Below, in pieces: positions 36,827-46,514 of a stretch of 64,000 bases of DNA (position 1 is its first letter; the number at the start of each line of letters is the position of its first letter). The stretch is from assembly GCA_030390025.1 (NCBI GenBank), contig CM059432.1:98458001-98522000 (forward strand), read 5' to 3'. The DNA comes from Squalus acanthias. Its lineage: Eukaryota. The translations under genes were made by a program, and so were the position numbers. The notes below the pieces were generated by a model that had not been told where the DNA came from, made no database searches, and saw nothing but the letters and a program-made list of their open reading frames with translations.

Positions 36827-37987
36827 CTAGAGCCCACGCAGCCTGCCTACCTGTGTCCTTTTAAAAGACACGCACAGGAGGGGGTCTGCGGTGAGGAGGC
36901 CAGGTTAAAAGAGCAGGCCTTGCGGGAGGAGAACGCCCGCTTAATAGGGAAAATAGATGGGCTGGAAGGGCAGCTTAGAGAGCAGGCCCTGCGGGAGGAG
37001 AACGCCCGATCAATGGGAAAGTTAGACGTGCTCAGGCTAGAAGCGCAGCTTAGAGAGATAAAAGCAGCCTACAGGGTAGCCAAAAGCCGGGAGTATGAGG
37101 ATGCAAACCAGTGCAAACTGTACAAGCCAGGTGCGCAAGGGAAAACTACAGGGGTAAATCCCGCCAATGGGAAAGCACAGCCCCAGGTAGGACCACAAGG
37201 CACACAGGCAGGCATAGCAGCTTGCATCAGGGGAAGGGACATCCCGGACGATCATGCAGCGTTTTTCTGGAATTGGGGGTTAGATGAGGAAGAACCCAGG
37301 GTACCCTGGTCAGATGAGGATAGTGCAGATGAGGATAGTGATGACGACGGGTGGTTTCGGAGGAACGGTCCCGTTTACGATATGGAGGGAATGGGGGCTG
37401 TAGGTAGAGATCCACACAGGGTGGACACACAAGCTGCAGGTCCCGAGGACAGGAGGGAGGAGCTAGAGGAGGCAGGGCCAGCCGCTATAGGAGCACAGAG
37501 AGTACCGGTGTGGCTCCCAGAGATGTGGCCGCCCGCTTTGAACGTCCAGTCCTCAGGGGAGGCAGAGATCACGAGTGAAGGGCCGCCTGCTGGGCCGAGC
37601 AGGGCGGAGCCACGAACTGCCAGCCCCGAGGTTAGGGAGGCGGAGTCAGCGGAGGCGGAGCCGGCGACTGTGATGGAACCCCAGGTCATCCCGTTGGAGG
37701 TCTCGGAACCCGGTCCGTCCGTCACGGAACCCCCGCCCATAGCAACTCCCCGTAGGTCAAGTAGAGAACCCCAGCCCAGGAGGATGTGGTCATGTCCCCA
37801 GACTGCCCCAAGGCGTAGACTTCAGGTTAAGATAACCCGGGTACAGACCGGCCACATCGCAGCAGTAACAGGCTGCGGCAGATCAGAGGGAAGGGTCAGC
37901 GCAGCAACAGGCTGCGGCAGATCAGAGGGAAGGGTCAGTGCCCTCCCACCGTCGGGAAGAGCTCGCAGCAGCCTTCTCAGAATTTAA
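36827..37987 (+). CDS. ORF2, in frame with gag (probable read-through extension; coiled coil, acidic and Pro-rich; function unknown)
   Basis: 386 sense codons open immediately after the gag TGA in the same frame. TGA-CTAG context, no early ATG, no pol motifs. Confidence 0.75.
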   Translation, partial: LEPTQPAYLCPFKRHAQEGVCGEEARLKEQALREENARLIGKIDGLEGQLREQALREENARSMGKLDVLRLEAQLREIKAAYRVAKSREYEDANQCKLYKPGAQGKTTGVNPANGKAQPQVGPQGTQAGIAACIRGRDIPDDHAAFFWNWGLDEEEPRVPWSDEDSADEDSDDDGWFRRNGPVYDMEGMGAVGRDPHRVDTQAAGPEDRREELEEAGPAAIGAQRVPVWLPEMWPPALNVQSSGEAEITSEGPPAGPSRAEPRTASPEVREAESAEAEPATVMEPQVIPLEVSEPGPSVTEPPPIATPRRSSREPQPRRMWSCPQTAPRRRLQVKITRVQTGHIAAVTGCGRSEGRVSAATGCGRSEGRVSALPPSGRARSSLLRI

Positions 37988-38299
37988 AGGGGCCGCCCTG
38001 AGAACGGGCGGCACTGTAAAGTTATAGTTCTAAGTTTTAAGTTTATAGTAACAAGGTTAAGTTTTAAGTTTATAGTTCAAGGTTAAGCTTATAGTTTTAA
38101 TAAGGCTAAGTTTGTAGTTTTTTTAACAGAAAACGATAAAATGATGGGAGCTTTAAAGATAGGTTTAGTTGAAGTTTATTCAGCGAACGTTGAAGTTTAC
38201 GTGAGGCGAGGTCAGGGGACCCGCTCACCCTTCACAAAAGCCAGAGACTCTTGCGAGGCTGGCTACCTCATTCTATCTGATCACAGGAACCAAGGAAGG

Positions 38300-40651
38300 A
38301 TGGAACGAATTCTAGTATTGCTCGTGGCAATCGGATGTGGATTGGCCTATCGAGGCCGCACCAAGGATGTCGTGGTGTTTGGATGTTCCGGGGACACGGC
38401 CCCCATCGCGGTGGATGGGACCGGAAGACGGAAGGCAGAGGGGACCAGCACCTATTTCCACAAGGGAAGGTGGCCAGGATGGCTGGGAACGAACTCAACG
38501 GAGTATTCTAGCACCTCGGGGTTTGCCTACCAAGAGACTTCTTTACTGTGCCCCAAAGTAAGGATCATCGCACCCAGGATCAGCGTCACCGTCGGCAAAC
38601 GGATTTGTTTGACTTGTAGTGGGAATGTCCCATTGAGCCGATGGTGGTGGCTACGAAAGCTGAGCAAAACTATGAGGAACTCCTCGGTCGAGTGGGAACG
38701 ACTGGGTAATAATACCCATCGGACAATTACGGGGACAAACGGACAAGTGAAAGTCTGTTGGGACAAATGGTGGGAACCGGATGAGGGAATTTATGTATGT
38801 ATGTGGGGGTCAAAGTACGTTTGCCCCAAAGGCATCTCCATATTTTTTATTAATCAATGGCAGGATAACGGACAGGGGATGAGGTGGGATGCGAGCACCA
38901 GGGGGTGCGGAGCCCCATTCTCCCCGATCCCAGTAAATGCCACTGAACTCATTACGCGCCCACGCAAAGCCCCGCCCACGATTCCGGTGGTTCTAGCTGA
39001 GGAAGAAGGGTGCCCTAAAACTAGTAAGGGACCCGGGAATGGTTTGGTACTGGTCCCCACAGACCAGATACTATTTCAGGGGGTACATTACGTGGTGGCC
39101 TCGGTGATTTTAAATCTCACTGAGGTGCGGTTACCAGAGTGGTGCCCCAAAAAGACGGAACAGTTGTATCAGGTCCTGTTGACCAAGATGTTCAGACAAT
39201 TTTACGAGTTTGATTTTGCAGAAATCGATAAAACAAGTTTGTACACCGCACCACAGGAAGTTTTGGATCAAGTAGGGAGGCAAAGAAGGGGTTTGGTGAA
39301 CGATGCGTTCACTGCTTTTAACACAGGGACATCTGTGGTCAACGCTCTAGACAGTGTGGAGCTGCAGACCCAGATTAATGGTTTAAAGACACAGTTAAAA
39401 GACATTCTAACAGATGAGAATAAAGTGGTAGGGTCAGGTCTACACGAGGACCAAGCCATGACTCTCCATTTAAAGGAAATTATAGCAGAGCTGGAGAAAC
39501 ATGCAAAGACGGTAAATGCCCTGATCAGGGAAGATCGGAATGCATCCGATCAAGCTGCGCAGAACGAGGTGTGCGTGCTTTACGGGGCGTGGTTACTGGG
39601 CGAGGGCCGCAGTAATTTGGAGGATTTAAAACAAGGTTTGGTTCCGTCCTGGATAAGTAACAAACACCTACGGGCGCTCCACCCTTTTCAGAACGCATTA
39701 AGTCCGTGCCAGCTCAGGCTAGCTTCAGAAGCTTACCCAGTCCCCGTGGACTGCGGACGATCAAACCATACTATTATGGGAATAGTATTACGCATGCCGG
39801 TTTTGGGCGACACAGCAAAGCCCGCCCCGGTGTATCGGGTAGAGAACATTGGTGTCATTCAGGGGGGAGCCCACATTCGTTACGCAGCGGTTCCACCTTA
39901 CGTCATCCGCTGGGAGCAAACGATGACAGGTACAGATCTCTCTGGTTGTCGTGGCAGGGGAGCACACATAATACTGTGCCCCCAGCACTTGAATGCCTTT
40001 TTAACACCACAGTGCGGGTTCAGAACGGCTGGCGCCAAGTCCATGAATTGCACCATGGAGGCAATGGCACAGGATCATGTGCCTCCGCAGGTAGCATACA
40101 TCGGGGGTGGAACATATTGTGTTACCACTGCAGCGCAACACTACCAGCATGGAAACCGTAGCCGGTGTCCGGTGAGTGACAGCAGTTTCTGTTTTAAACC
40201 CAGGGCTGAAGTTCAAGTAGCACAACAGCGAATTATCCCAATCCCTGAACCATCCACTGTTCATCTCACAGTAAAAGAGAATTTCACCGACTTGCAGCGA
40301 TTTGTCGCGCATTTTGGATACCTCATTCCCCCTCTCCCTGAACACTTAACCAAACTTCTGAAAGCCGTCGCGGTATCACAGAAACATTTTTATACATTAG
40401 AGCAGAAAACTGTCGAAATAGGAACAGACATTCTGGACATAGTAGTTCCACCGTGGTGGAATCTGTTCACTAATATTGAAGTGCCTTCATGGATCAGAAT
40501 AGCCTCCCACATTTTAGTCGTATGTCAAGTGTTTATTGTAGTGTACCTATTGGTCATACATTGTAAAAGAGACAAACGCCTCACCAAGCATGAAAACACG
40601 GGAGAGTGGCGAGAACGTTACGTGCGCGTGCACGATGAGAGCACCGTGTAA
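38300..40651 (+). CDS. env: Envelope / class I fusion glycoprotein (783 aa; frame open from 38141) with an N-terminal Ig-like domain
   Basis: Signal peptide MERILVLLVAIGCGLA. Furin site RQRR (39278-39289), then a fusion-peptide-like GLVNDAFTAFNTGTSVVNAL and a heptad repeat. Cys-rich region, C-terminal TM (IASHILVVCQVFIVVYLLVI) and several NxS/T sequons. Splice acceptors at ~38129 and ~38286. Confidence 0.9.
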   Translation: MERILVLLVAIGCGLAYRGRTKDVVVFGCSGDTAPIAVDGTGRRKAEGTSTYFHKGRWPGWLGTNSTEYSSTSGFAYQETSLLCPKVRIIAPRISVTVGKRICLTCSGNVPLSRWWWLRKLSKTMRNSSVEWERLGNNTHRTITGTNGQVKVCWDKWWEPDEGIYVCMWGSKYVCPKGISIFFINQWQDNGQGMRWDASTRGCGAPFSPIPVNATELITRPRKAPPTIPVVLAEEEGCPKTSKGPGNGLVLVPTDQILFQGVHYVVASVILNLTEVRLPEWCPKKTEQLYQVLLTKMFRQFYEFDFAEIDKTSLYTAPQEVLDQVGRQRRGLVNDAFTAFNTGTSVVNALDSVELQTQINGLKTQLKDILTDENKVVGSGLHEDQAMTLHLKEIIAELEKHAKTVNALIREDRNASDQAAQNEVCVLYGAWLLGEGRSNLEDLKQGLVPSWISNKHLRALHPFQNALSPCQLRLASEAYPVPVDCGRSNHTIMGIVLRMPVLGDTAKPAPVYRVENIGVIQGGAHIRYAAVPPYVIRWEQTMTGTDLSGCRGRGAHIILCPQHLNAFLTPQCGFRTAGAKSMNCTMEAMAQDHVPPQVAYIGGGTYCVTTAAQHYQHGNRSRCPVSDSSFCFKPRAEVQVAQQRIIPIPEPSTVHLTVKENFTDLQRFVAHFGYLIPPLPEHLTKLLKAVAVSQKHFYTLEQKTVEIGTDILDIVVPPWWNLFTNIEVPSWIRIASHILVVCQVFIVVYLLVIHCKRDKRLTKHENTGEWRERYVRVHDESTV

Positions 40652-40658
40652 TCAGAAA

Positions 40659-40853
40659 ATGGCGTCACTCCCGCTCGCCGCGTGCACCGCGGAAGTTTGT
40701 ACTCATATAAGATTTTCAGAGATTGTAAATACGTTGGGAACTCGACATGTTTTAAGAGTTGGGGTTTTGATTATTTTGGTGATGGTGTTGATTGTTTGGT
40801 TTTGGGTTTTGTTTTTTCTCCTTTCCCTGAATAAAAGACAAATATACAGGTGA
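40659..40853 (+). CDS. Putative small membrane protein (64 aa)
   Basis: AAAATGG Kozak context 7 nt after the env stop. One long hydrophobic stretch VGVLIILVMVLIVWFWVLFFLLSL followed by NKR. Confidence 0.35.
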   Translation: MASLPLAACTAEVCTHIRFSEIVNTLGTRHVLRVGVLIILVMVLIVWFWVLFFLLSLNKRQIYR

Positions 40854-41083
40854 TACGAGAGGTATCGGCCTGGTTACGCCGGGAAGGAAAACAAGTGGTG
40901 TAAGTTTAAGGGCAAATAATGCCTACGGTGATATAAAATGTAATTTTCTTGGGAAATAAGGACGACACAGAGACCCTAGCTAAGTTAAAAATTATGGGAT
41001 TAATTTACTGGATTCGGAGAGAAATCGAGATAATATTGCTCATCACTGTGATTTTTGATACGATAAGCGGAGTTATTCGCATC

Positions 41084-41095
41084 AACAGGAGGGAC
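41084..41095 (+). promoter_or_regulatory. Polypurine tract (short)
   Basis: AACAGGAGGGAC immediately before the 3' LTR TGT. Confidence 0.65.
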
Positions 41096-42817
41096 TGTAG
41101 AATTCGCAATATATCGCGATTTGATTAATAAGGAGAAAACACAAAGTTTCGTTCAAACAGCTTTTATTTCAGCAGAATGCTGGCAAGTTTAGAGTGGACA
41201 CAAGCAGCCTGTAAAATGGCCGCCGCACCTCGTGACAGAACATTCTAGGCTTTTCAACAGGCAGACAAGATGGCGTTCCATTAAACATTTGTGCAAGATC
41301 GATAACGATTCAGCACAGTGAAGATAATACACGAGACATTATGGGTTTGCAGTATAAACATAGATACTGGAATCGGTCTCCCAGGTACAAAGGAAAGCCA
41401 TTGTACCGAGTAATCAAGGGCCCATCCAAAAGACATTAATATGTAAAATCCCAACGACTCTACGATGAGAGAGCCGTTAGCAGGTAGTTATACAGGACAC
41501 TTGGAAGCCCCAAACCCCTCCAGGGAGAACACCGACCGATTTAACAATGGGAAAATGTTAACAGGTACTCAGACATTTACGAGTAGCCCCGAAACCCATT
41601 AAGAACGGAGATCACCCATACAAGACATTTGGGCGCCAAACCCTAAACAAAAGAATGGACATTATAGTTGGGCGGGAAACGGAAGATTTTTGCACTATAA
41701 TTGCAGGCTCCAAACCGTCCATTCTCTCTCTTGCTCTTGCATTCGCTCGCTTGCTCCTGTGCTTTTATCCGGTCGATTCGTAACCTCGTGGCTGCTCCTG
41801 TGTACTCGTAGTTGGGCTTCTGCTTGCCTGTTGCCTCTTCTGAAAAGACTGTTGAACTTTCTGATCCGTTCGGATCTACCTCGTGTCGCGTAACGAAGAC
41901 CTATGTTGGTAACTGGCAGCGGAACCAAAGGCCCGAGATGAGATGAGATGAGATGAGATGAGATGAGAAGAGAGGAAGACCATATCCATCGCCACGGTCA
42001 GTAAATCCCGACCGCGCCTGTAGGTCGATTAGCCAAGTTTTCCTCGCCAGGAAGATTTCTCTTTTGAACTTTTAACAAAACATATTGCATCGACGATAAC
42101 GGGACTGTGTCCAAGGAGATTGGAACGTGAAAACACATCGTATCGATGATATTGACAACTGTGCTCCAAGAGTACCTGTTAAACCAACCAACACAGGTCT
42201 TCATCACAGCAGACGGTCCAGCCTGCTAGCCGGAGCAGCAGAAGCAAGTAAACAAGTGGGACCAGGAGATCTCCTGACCGACACGTGGGTGCTGCGGTGA
42301 AAAACATCCGATCAGCTATTCGGAATTTCTCCGAGTTATCACGAGTGGTGAGCATGAGTCTCGAGATCCTACGAAGCTAGTTTAGGATAGATATTGATAG
42401 GGGAGGGTTTAAGGATTAAGGATATTTGTAATGTGTGCCCCTATTTACTTTGTGCCGTTCGTTCCTCGTTTCCCTAAGATCGACTATATAACTGTTTGTA
42501 AGATTGTACTGTCATTAATCTGTGCTTATGACATGTATTTCATACTTTTAAGTATCATGCAATAAAGATTTTCCATTTCGTACCATTCAAACCAAGTCTA
42601 CATGAGTTTTATCTCCATTACTGCTCTCGCATCTAAGTCCAGTGTCTAGAACCGTAAGGGAGAGTGATTCGAACCACTCACAGGTGTGTCTAGTGTTCCC
42701 AGACTGGCTGGAGACCAGAACAGGCAACCAGGCCTAGACCCGCACTGACATACAGGCTGCACAGAGCCGCGTGAATCTCACAGGCTGCGAGACACGCAGG
42801 GTCAGGAATCCCTTACA
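41096..42817 (+). repeat. 3' LTR (1722 bp)
   Basis: Same sequence as the 5' LTR at offset 7807. The only difference seen by eye is A33442/G41249. Confidence 0.97.
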
Positions 42818-44311
42818 TTCCTCAGATAAGGCGACCAAAACTGCACACAATACTCAAGGTGTGGTCTCACCAAGGCCCTGTACAACTGCAGCAAGACATC
42901 CTTGCTCCTGTACTCGAATCCTCTCACTATGAAGGCCAACATACCATTTGCCTTCTTAACCGCCTGCTGCACCTGCATGCTTACCTTCAGCGACTGGTGC
43001 ACAAGGTCACCTAGGTCTCGTTGCACTTCCCCTTTTCCCAATCTATTACCGTTCAGATAATAATCTGCCTTCCTGTTTTTGCCACCAAAGTGGATAACCT
43101 CACATTTATCCACATTATACTGCACCTGCCATGCATCTGCCCAACCACCCAACCTGTCCAAATCATACTGGAGTTTCTCTGCATCCTCCTCACAGCACAC
43201 ACGCCCACCCAGCTTTGTGTCGTCTGCAAACTTGGAGATATTACATGTCGTTCCCTCGTCGAGATCATTAATATATATTGTGAATAATTGGAGTCCTAGC
43301 ACCGATCCCAGTGGTACCCCAATACTCACTGCCTGCCACTCGGAAAAAGACCCTAAAGGACCCCGCACAACAAGATTATTAATTGACCCCTTCTCATTGC
43401 ACAATACCCAATCTAGGATAGCCTGTTCTCTAGTTGGCTCCTCAATGTACTGGTCTAAAAAACCATCTCGTACACACTCCAGGAATTCATCCTCCACAGT
43501 ATTATTGCTAATCTTGTTTGGCCAGTCTATATGTAGATTAAAGTCACCCATGATTACTGTAGTACCCTTGTTACATGCATCTCTAATTTTCAGTTTGATG
43601 CCATCCCCTACATCACCACTACTGTTTGGAGGCCTATAGACAACTCCCACGAAAGTTTTCTGCCCCTTGCTGCTTCTTAGCTCCACCCAGACTGATTCTA
43701 CATCTTGATTTTCTGAGCCAATATCCTTTCTCACTATTGCTCTGATTTCATCCTTTACTAACAACGCCACCCCACCTCCTTTTCCTTTTCGCCTGTCCTT
43801 CCTAAATATCAAATATCATTGGATATTCAGCTCCCAGCCTTGTTCACCCTGCAGCCATGTCTCTGTACTCGCAGTTATATCACATCCATTTACACCTATT
43901 TGCGCTGTTAATTGATCTACCTTATTACGAATGCTTCGTGCATTCAGATACAGTGGGGGAAAAATTAAGTCGCGCCCCATTTGGGGCGCAAATATCATCT
44001 GGACGCAAAAATTAGCGCCTGGCGCTAATTATCGCCACTGACTGGAAACTTCACTTTTACCGCCCCGGGAGGTGAGTGGAGCGCTAAATCAGGCGCTGCA
44101 CACCTGTCTTAAGGCGCAAAGGCCGAGCAGTGAGGCGCTAACTCAGCGCGTGAGCGCAGCGCAGGTGCTGCCAGTTAGCGAGGGAACACAGACACACTGG
44201 CTCCGGCCAGTTCTTAAAGGGGGGGGGCAACTTGCTCCCCAGCCACACCCTGCTCATTGCAGCCTTGAATCTCGGCCTGGAGAGACCTGTGAATCCATTT
44301 TGCAGCCAAGG

Positions 44312-46238
44312 ATGGAGAGGGTGAGAGAACGAGCTCAGCGCTTCACCGAGCGGGCCTTCGATGCTCTGGTTGGCACGGTGGAGCGCAGAAGATCGAGACA
44401 CTTCCCTGAGAGTGGCAGGAGGCCTTTGCCACGCGAGTACAGAAGAGTGTGGAGGGAGGTGGCTCAGAGCGTCTCCTCCAGGAGCATGGTGCCCAGGACC
44501 CATGTTCAATGCCGCAAAAAGTTCAACGACCTCACTCGGGTCATCAGGGTGAGTGGCTTTTTCTCAATACCTCTCCATCCCTCCATCTCAACCTCACTCT
44601 ATGGCCAGAGGGTCTTAAAACCCCAATGCACAACACTCATCCAACACCTATGGCCCTTTCATGAAACACACACACACATTCCACACTTTGCATACAGTAA
44701 GGGCTATTCACCTATGGGAGGCACATCAGGCAAGACCATGGCTGTATACAGTAAGGGCTATTCACCTATGGGAGGCACATCAGGCAAGACCATGGCTGTA
44801 TACAGTAAGGGCTATTCACCTATGGGAGGCACATCAGGCAAGACCATGGCTGTATACAGTAAGGGCTATTCACCTATGGGAGGCACATCAGGCAAGACCA
44901 TGGCTGTATATTTACTCAGATGCTGCCCTTTTTCTTGCAGGCCAAGCTGGCGCATAATAGGAGACAGCAGCAACGGACAGGTGGAGGGCGGCCTCAGCTG
45001 CAACCCCTCAGCGATCTTGAGGAGCGCGTCCACAGGATTGTGGCAAGCCGGGTGATCGGTCCTGTCGCCACTGGAGACGCCGACCCCGTTCTGGACAGCA
45101 ATGGTAAGGTCATCACCTTTTGTCCTCTGTCCTTCCACTTGTCCCTCACAACACCAGCCTTTGACACTTTCAATCCAACTTGCTAACTCGCTGCACTTAT
45201 TCCTCCCTTACTGCCACCCTGTCCTCACGCTAAAGCCACTCTTGTACCTCCCTGCTTTCAGATGGTGATTCACCAGCTGAGGAGACGGGCCCTGAAGCTG
45301 CCAGTGGGAGTGAAGCTGCAGCCGAGGAGGAAGAGGAAGCCGGAGCATCAGTGCCACCCTCTCCCGAGGAAGCCCATGCCCACACTGGGAACACGCCTTC
45401 CCTGGAGGGGAGCAGGGGGGAAGGGTCTGATGAGGGTGAAGCTCCAGGACCCAGCGGGCTGCAGCAACGCCATGGGGGTAGGGAAGAACGGGGGCCTTCT
45501 CCTCAGAGGGAGAGTATGCCAGCGACTCCTACTGCAATGGACGCAGAGGAGGAGCGGCTGATCGCAGAAATGAACACCCAGGCGGTGGGCATGCACACTG
45601 AGCTCATGGGTGCAGTGGGAAGGGTGCCCGAATGCATTGAGTCACTGGCAAGGAGTGTGGAGCACTTCGCTGTAGCACAGGCGGATGCCACACTAACGCT
45701 TAGTGCTGCAATTCAGTCACTGACTGCCGTGATCCCATCTCTGACTGCTCTCATGCAGACTCAGATTGAGGCCACGCGAGCACTGACTGCTGCCAACCTC
45801 GATGGTTCGTTCACATGTCCCCGGGGCTCTCACCGCGCCGCAGCAGGCCAGCAATCTGTGCTCCAGCAGATTGCTCCGGATGCTGAAGTGCTGCCCCGTG
45901 GGAGTGCCAGTGTGTCGGGCGAGCAGGGAGTTGCTGTCCTCTCTCACGATGACAGCATTGCTGCTGCCAACACTGTCACTTCTCCACTGCACTTGCCACC
46001 GCCTGTAGGACAGACTGCTGCCGCCCATGCAGAGTTGGTGCAGTCTGCAGCCGGGCCCTCCAGGCCCAGAACTGGTCGAGGCCGTCCTTCAGGGGCATCT
46101 GCAGTGTCAGGGTCTGACAATCAGCAGCCTTCCACCAGCCTTGCTGCAGCCACTGAGGTCCCAATACGGAGGAGCAGTAGGGTTAGAAGGGGGGAAGTGC
46201 GCAAGGGAAGGAGATCACCCTCGAAGGGCAAAAAGTAG
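44312..46238 (+). CDS. Harbinger Myb/SANT-like DNA-binding protein, 3 exons (44312-44548, 44941-45103, 45262-46238), 458 aa
   Basis: RERAQRFTERAFDALV...WREVA...QCRKKFNDLTR. GT-AG introns give a continuous 1377-nt frame. Confidence 0.85.
44693..44908. repeat. 54-bp minisatellite x4 in Myb intron 1
   Basis: Unit TACAGTAAGGGCTATTCACCTATGGGAGGCACATCAGGCAAGACCATGGCTGTA. Confidence 0.95.
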
Positions 46239-46514
46239 GAGGTGTGACAAAATGCTGGTCATTTTTTTATTAAAGGCCGAGGTTCGTGGTCCAACTTTTG
46301 TCTAGTGTTTTGGACATTATCTCCAGGTTGTGAGAACCAGTTATGTTAATGACTGTTTTTTTGTGTTTATTTCTATGAGTTTGTCATGAGGAAATGACAC
46401 ACACAGAGTTTGTAAAATAAATAAGTTTTTGTATTCAAAATATACATGTTTGGTGTTTGGAATCATTGGTGCTTTGGCCGGCTTAGGGGTTGCGTGCTGG
46501 GTTCATTGATGTTG

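Larger units (their letters stand above)
33289..42817 (+). mobile_element. Young pol-less endogenous retrovirus-like LTR element: LTR-PBS-gag-(UGA)-ORF2-env-smORF-PPT-LTR
   Basis: Direct repeats 33289-35010 and 41096-42817 (TG...CA). TSD TTCC at 33285-33288 and 42818-42821. Three long intact ORFs. No PR, RT, RNase H or IN motifs in the 6085-bp interior. Confidence 0.97.
32762..43350 (-). mobile_element. CR1-B: 5'-truncated CR1 inserted in CR1-A, itself split by the provirus (pieces 32762-33288 and 42818-43350)
   Basis: (TTCTATG)n tail at 32765-32776. FADDTKLG and RPHLEYCVQFWSPYLR|KDVLPMEGVQRRF are continuous across the provirus. Confidence 0.9.

Noticed and set aside
1..42817. All three LTR insertions sit in LINEs, suggesting targeting
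   Set aside because: LINEs make up much of the window, the target positions and TSDs are unrelated, and n=3.
42802..43812. 336-aa endonuclease-RT fusion ORF
   Set aside because: A chance in-frame junction of CR1-A and CR1-B, ending in the LTR.
44693..44908. Regular repeats resembling a CRISPR array (also 50772-51014)
   Set aside because: Head-to-tail tandem units with no unique spacers, no cas genes, and a vertebrate context.
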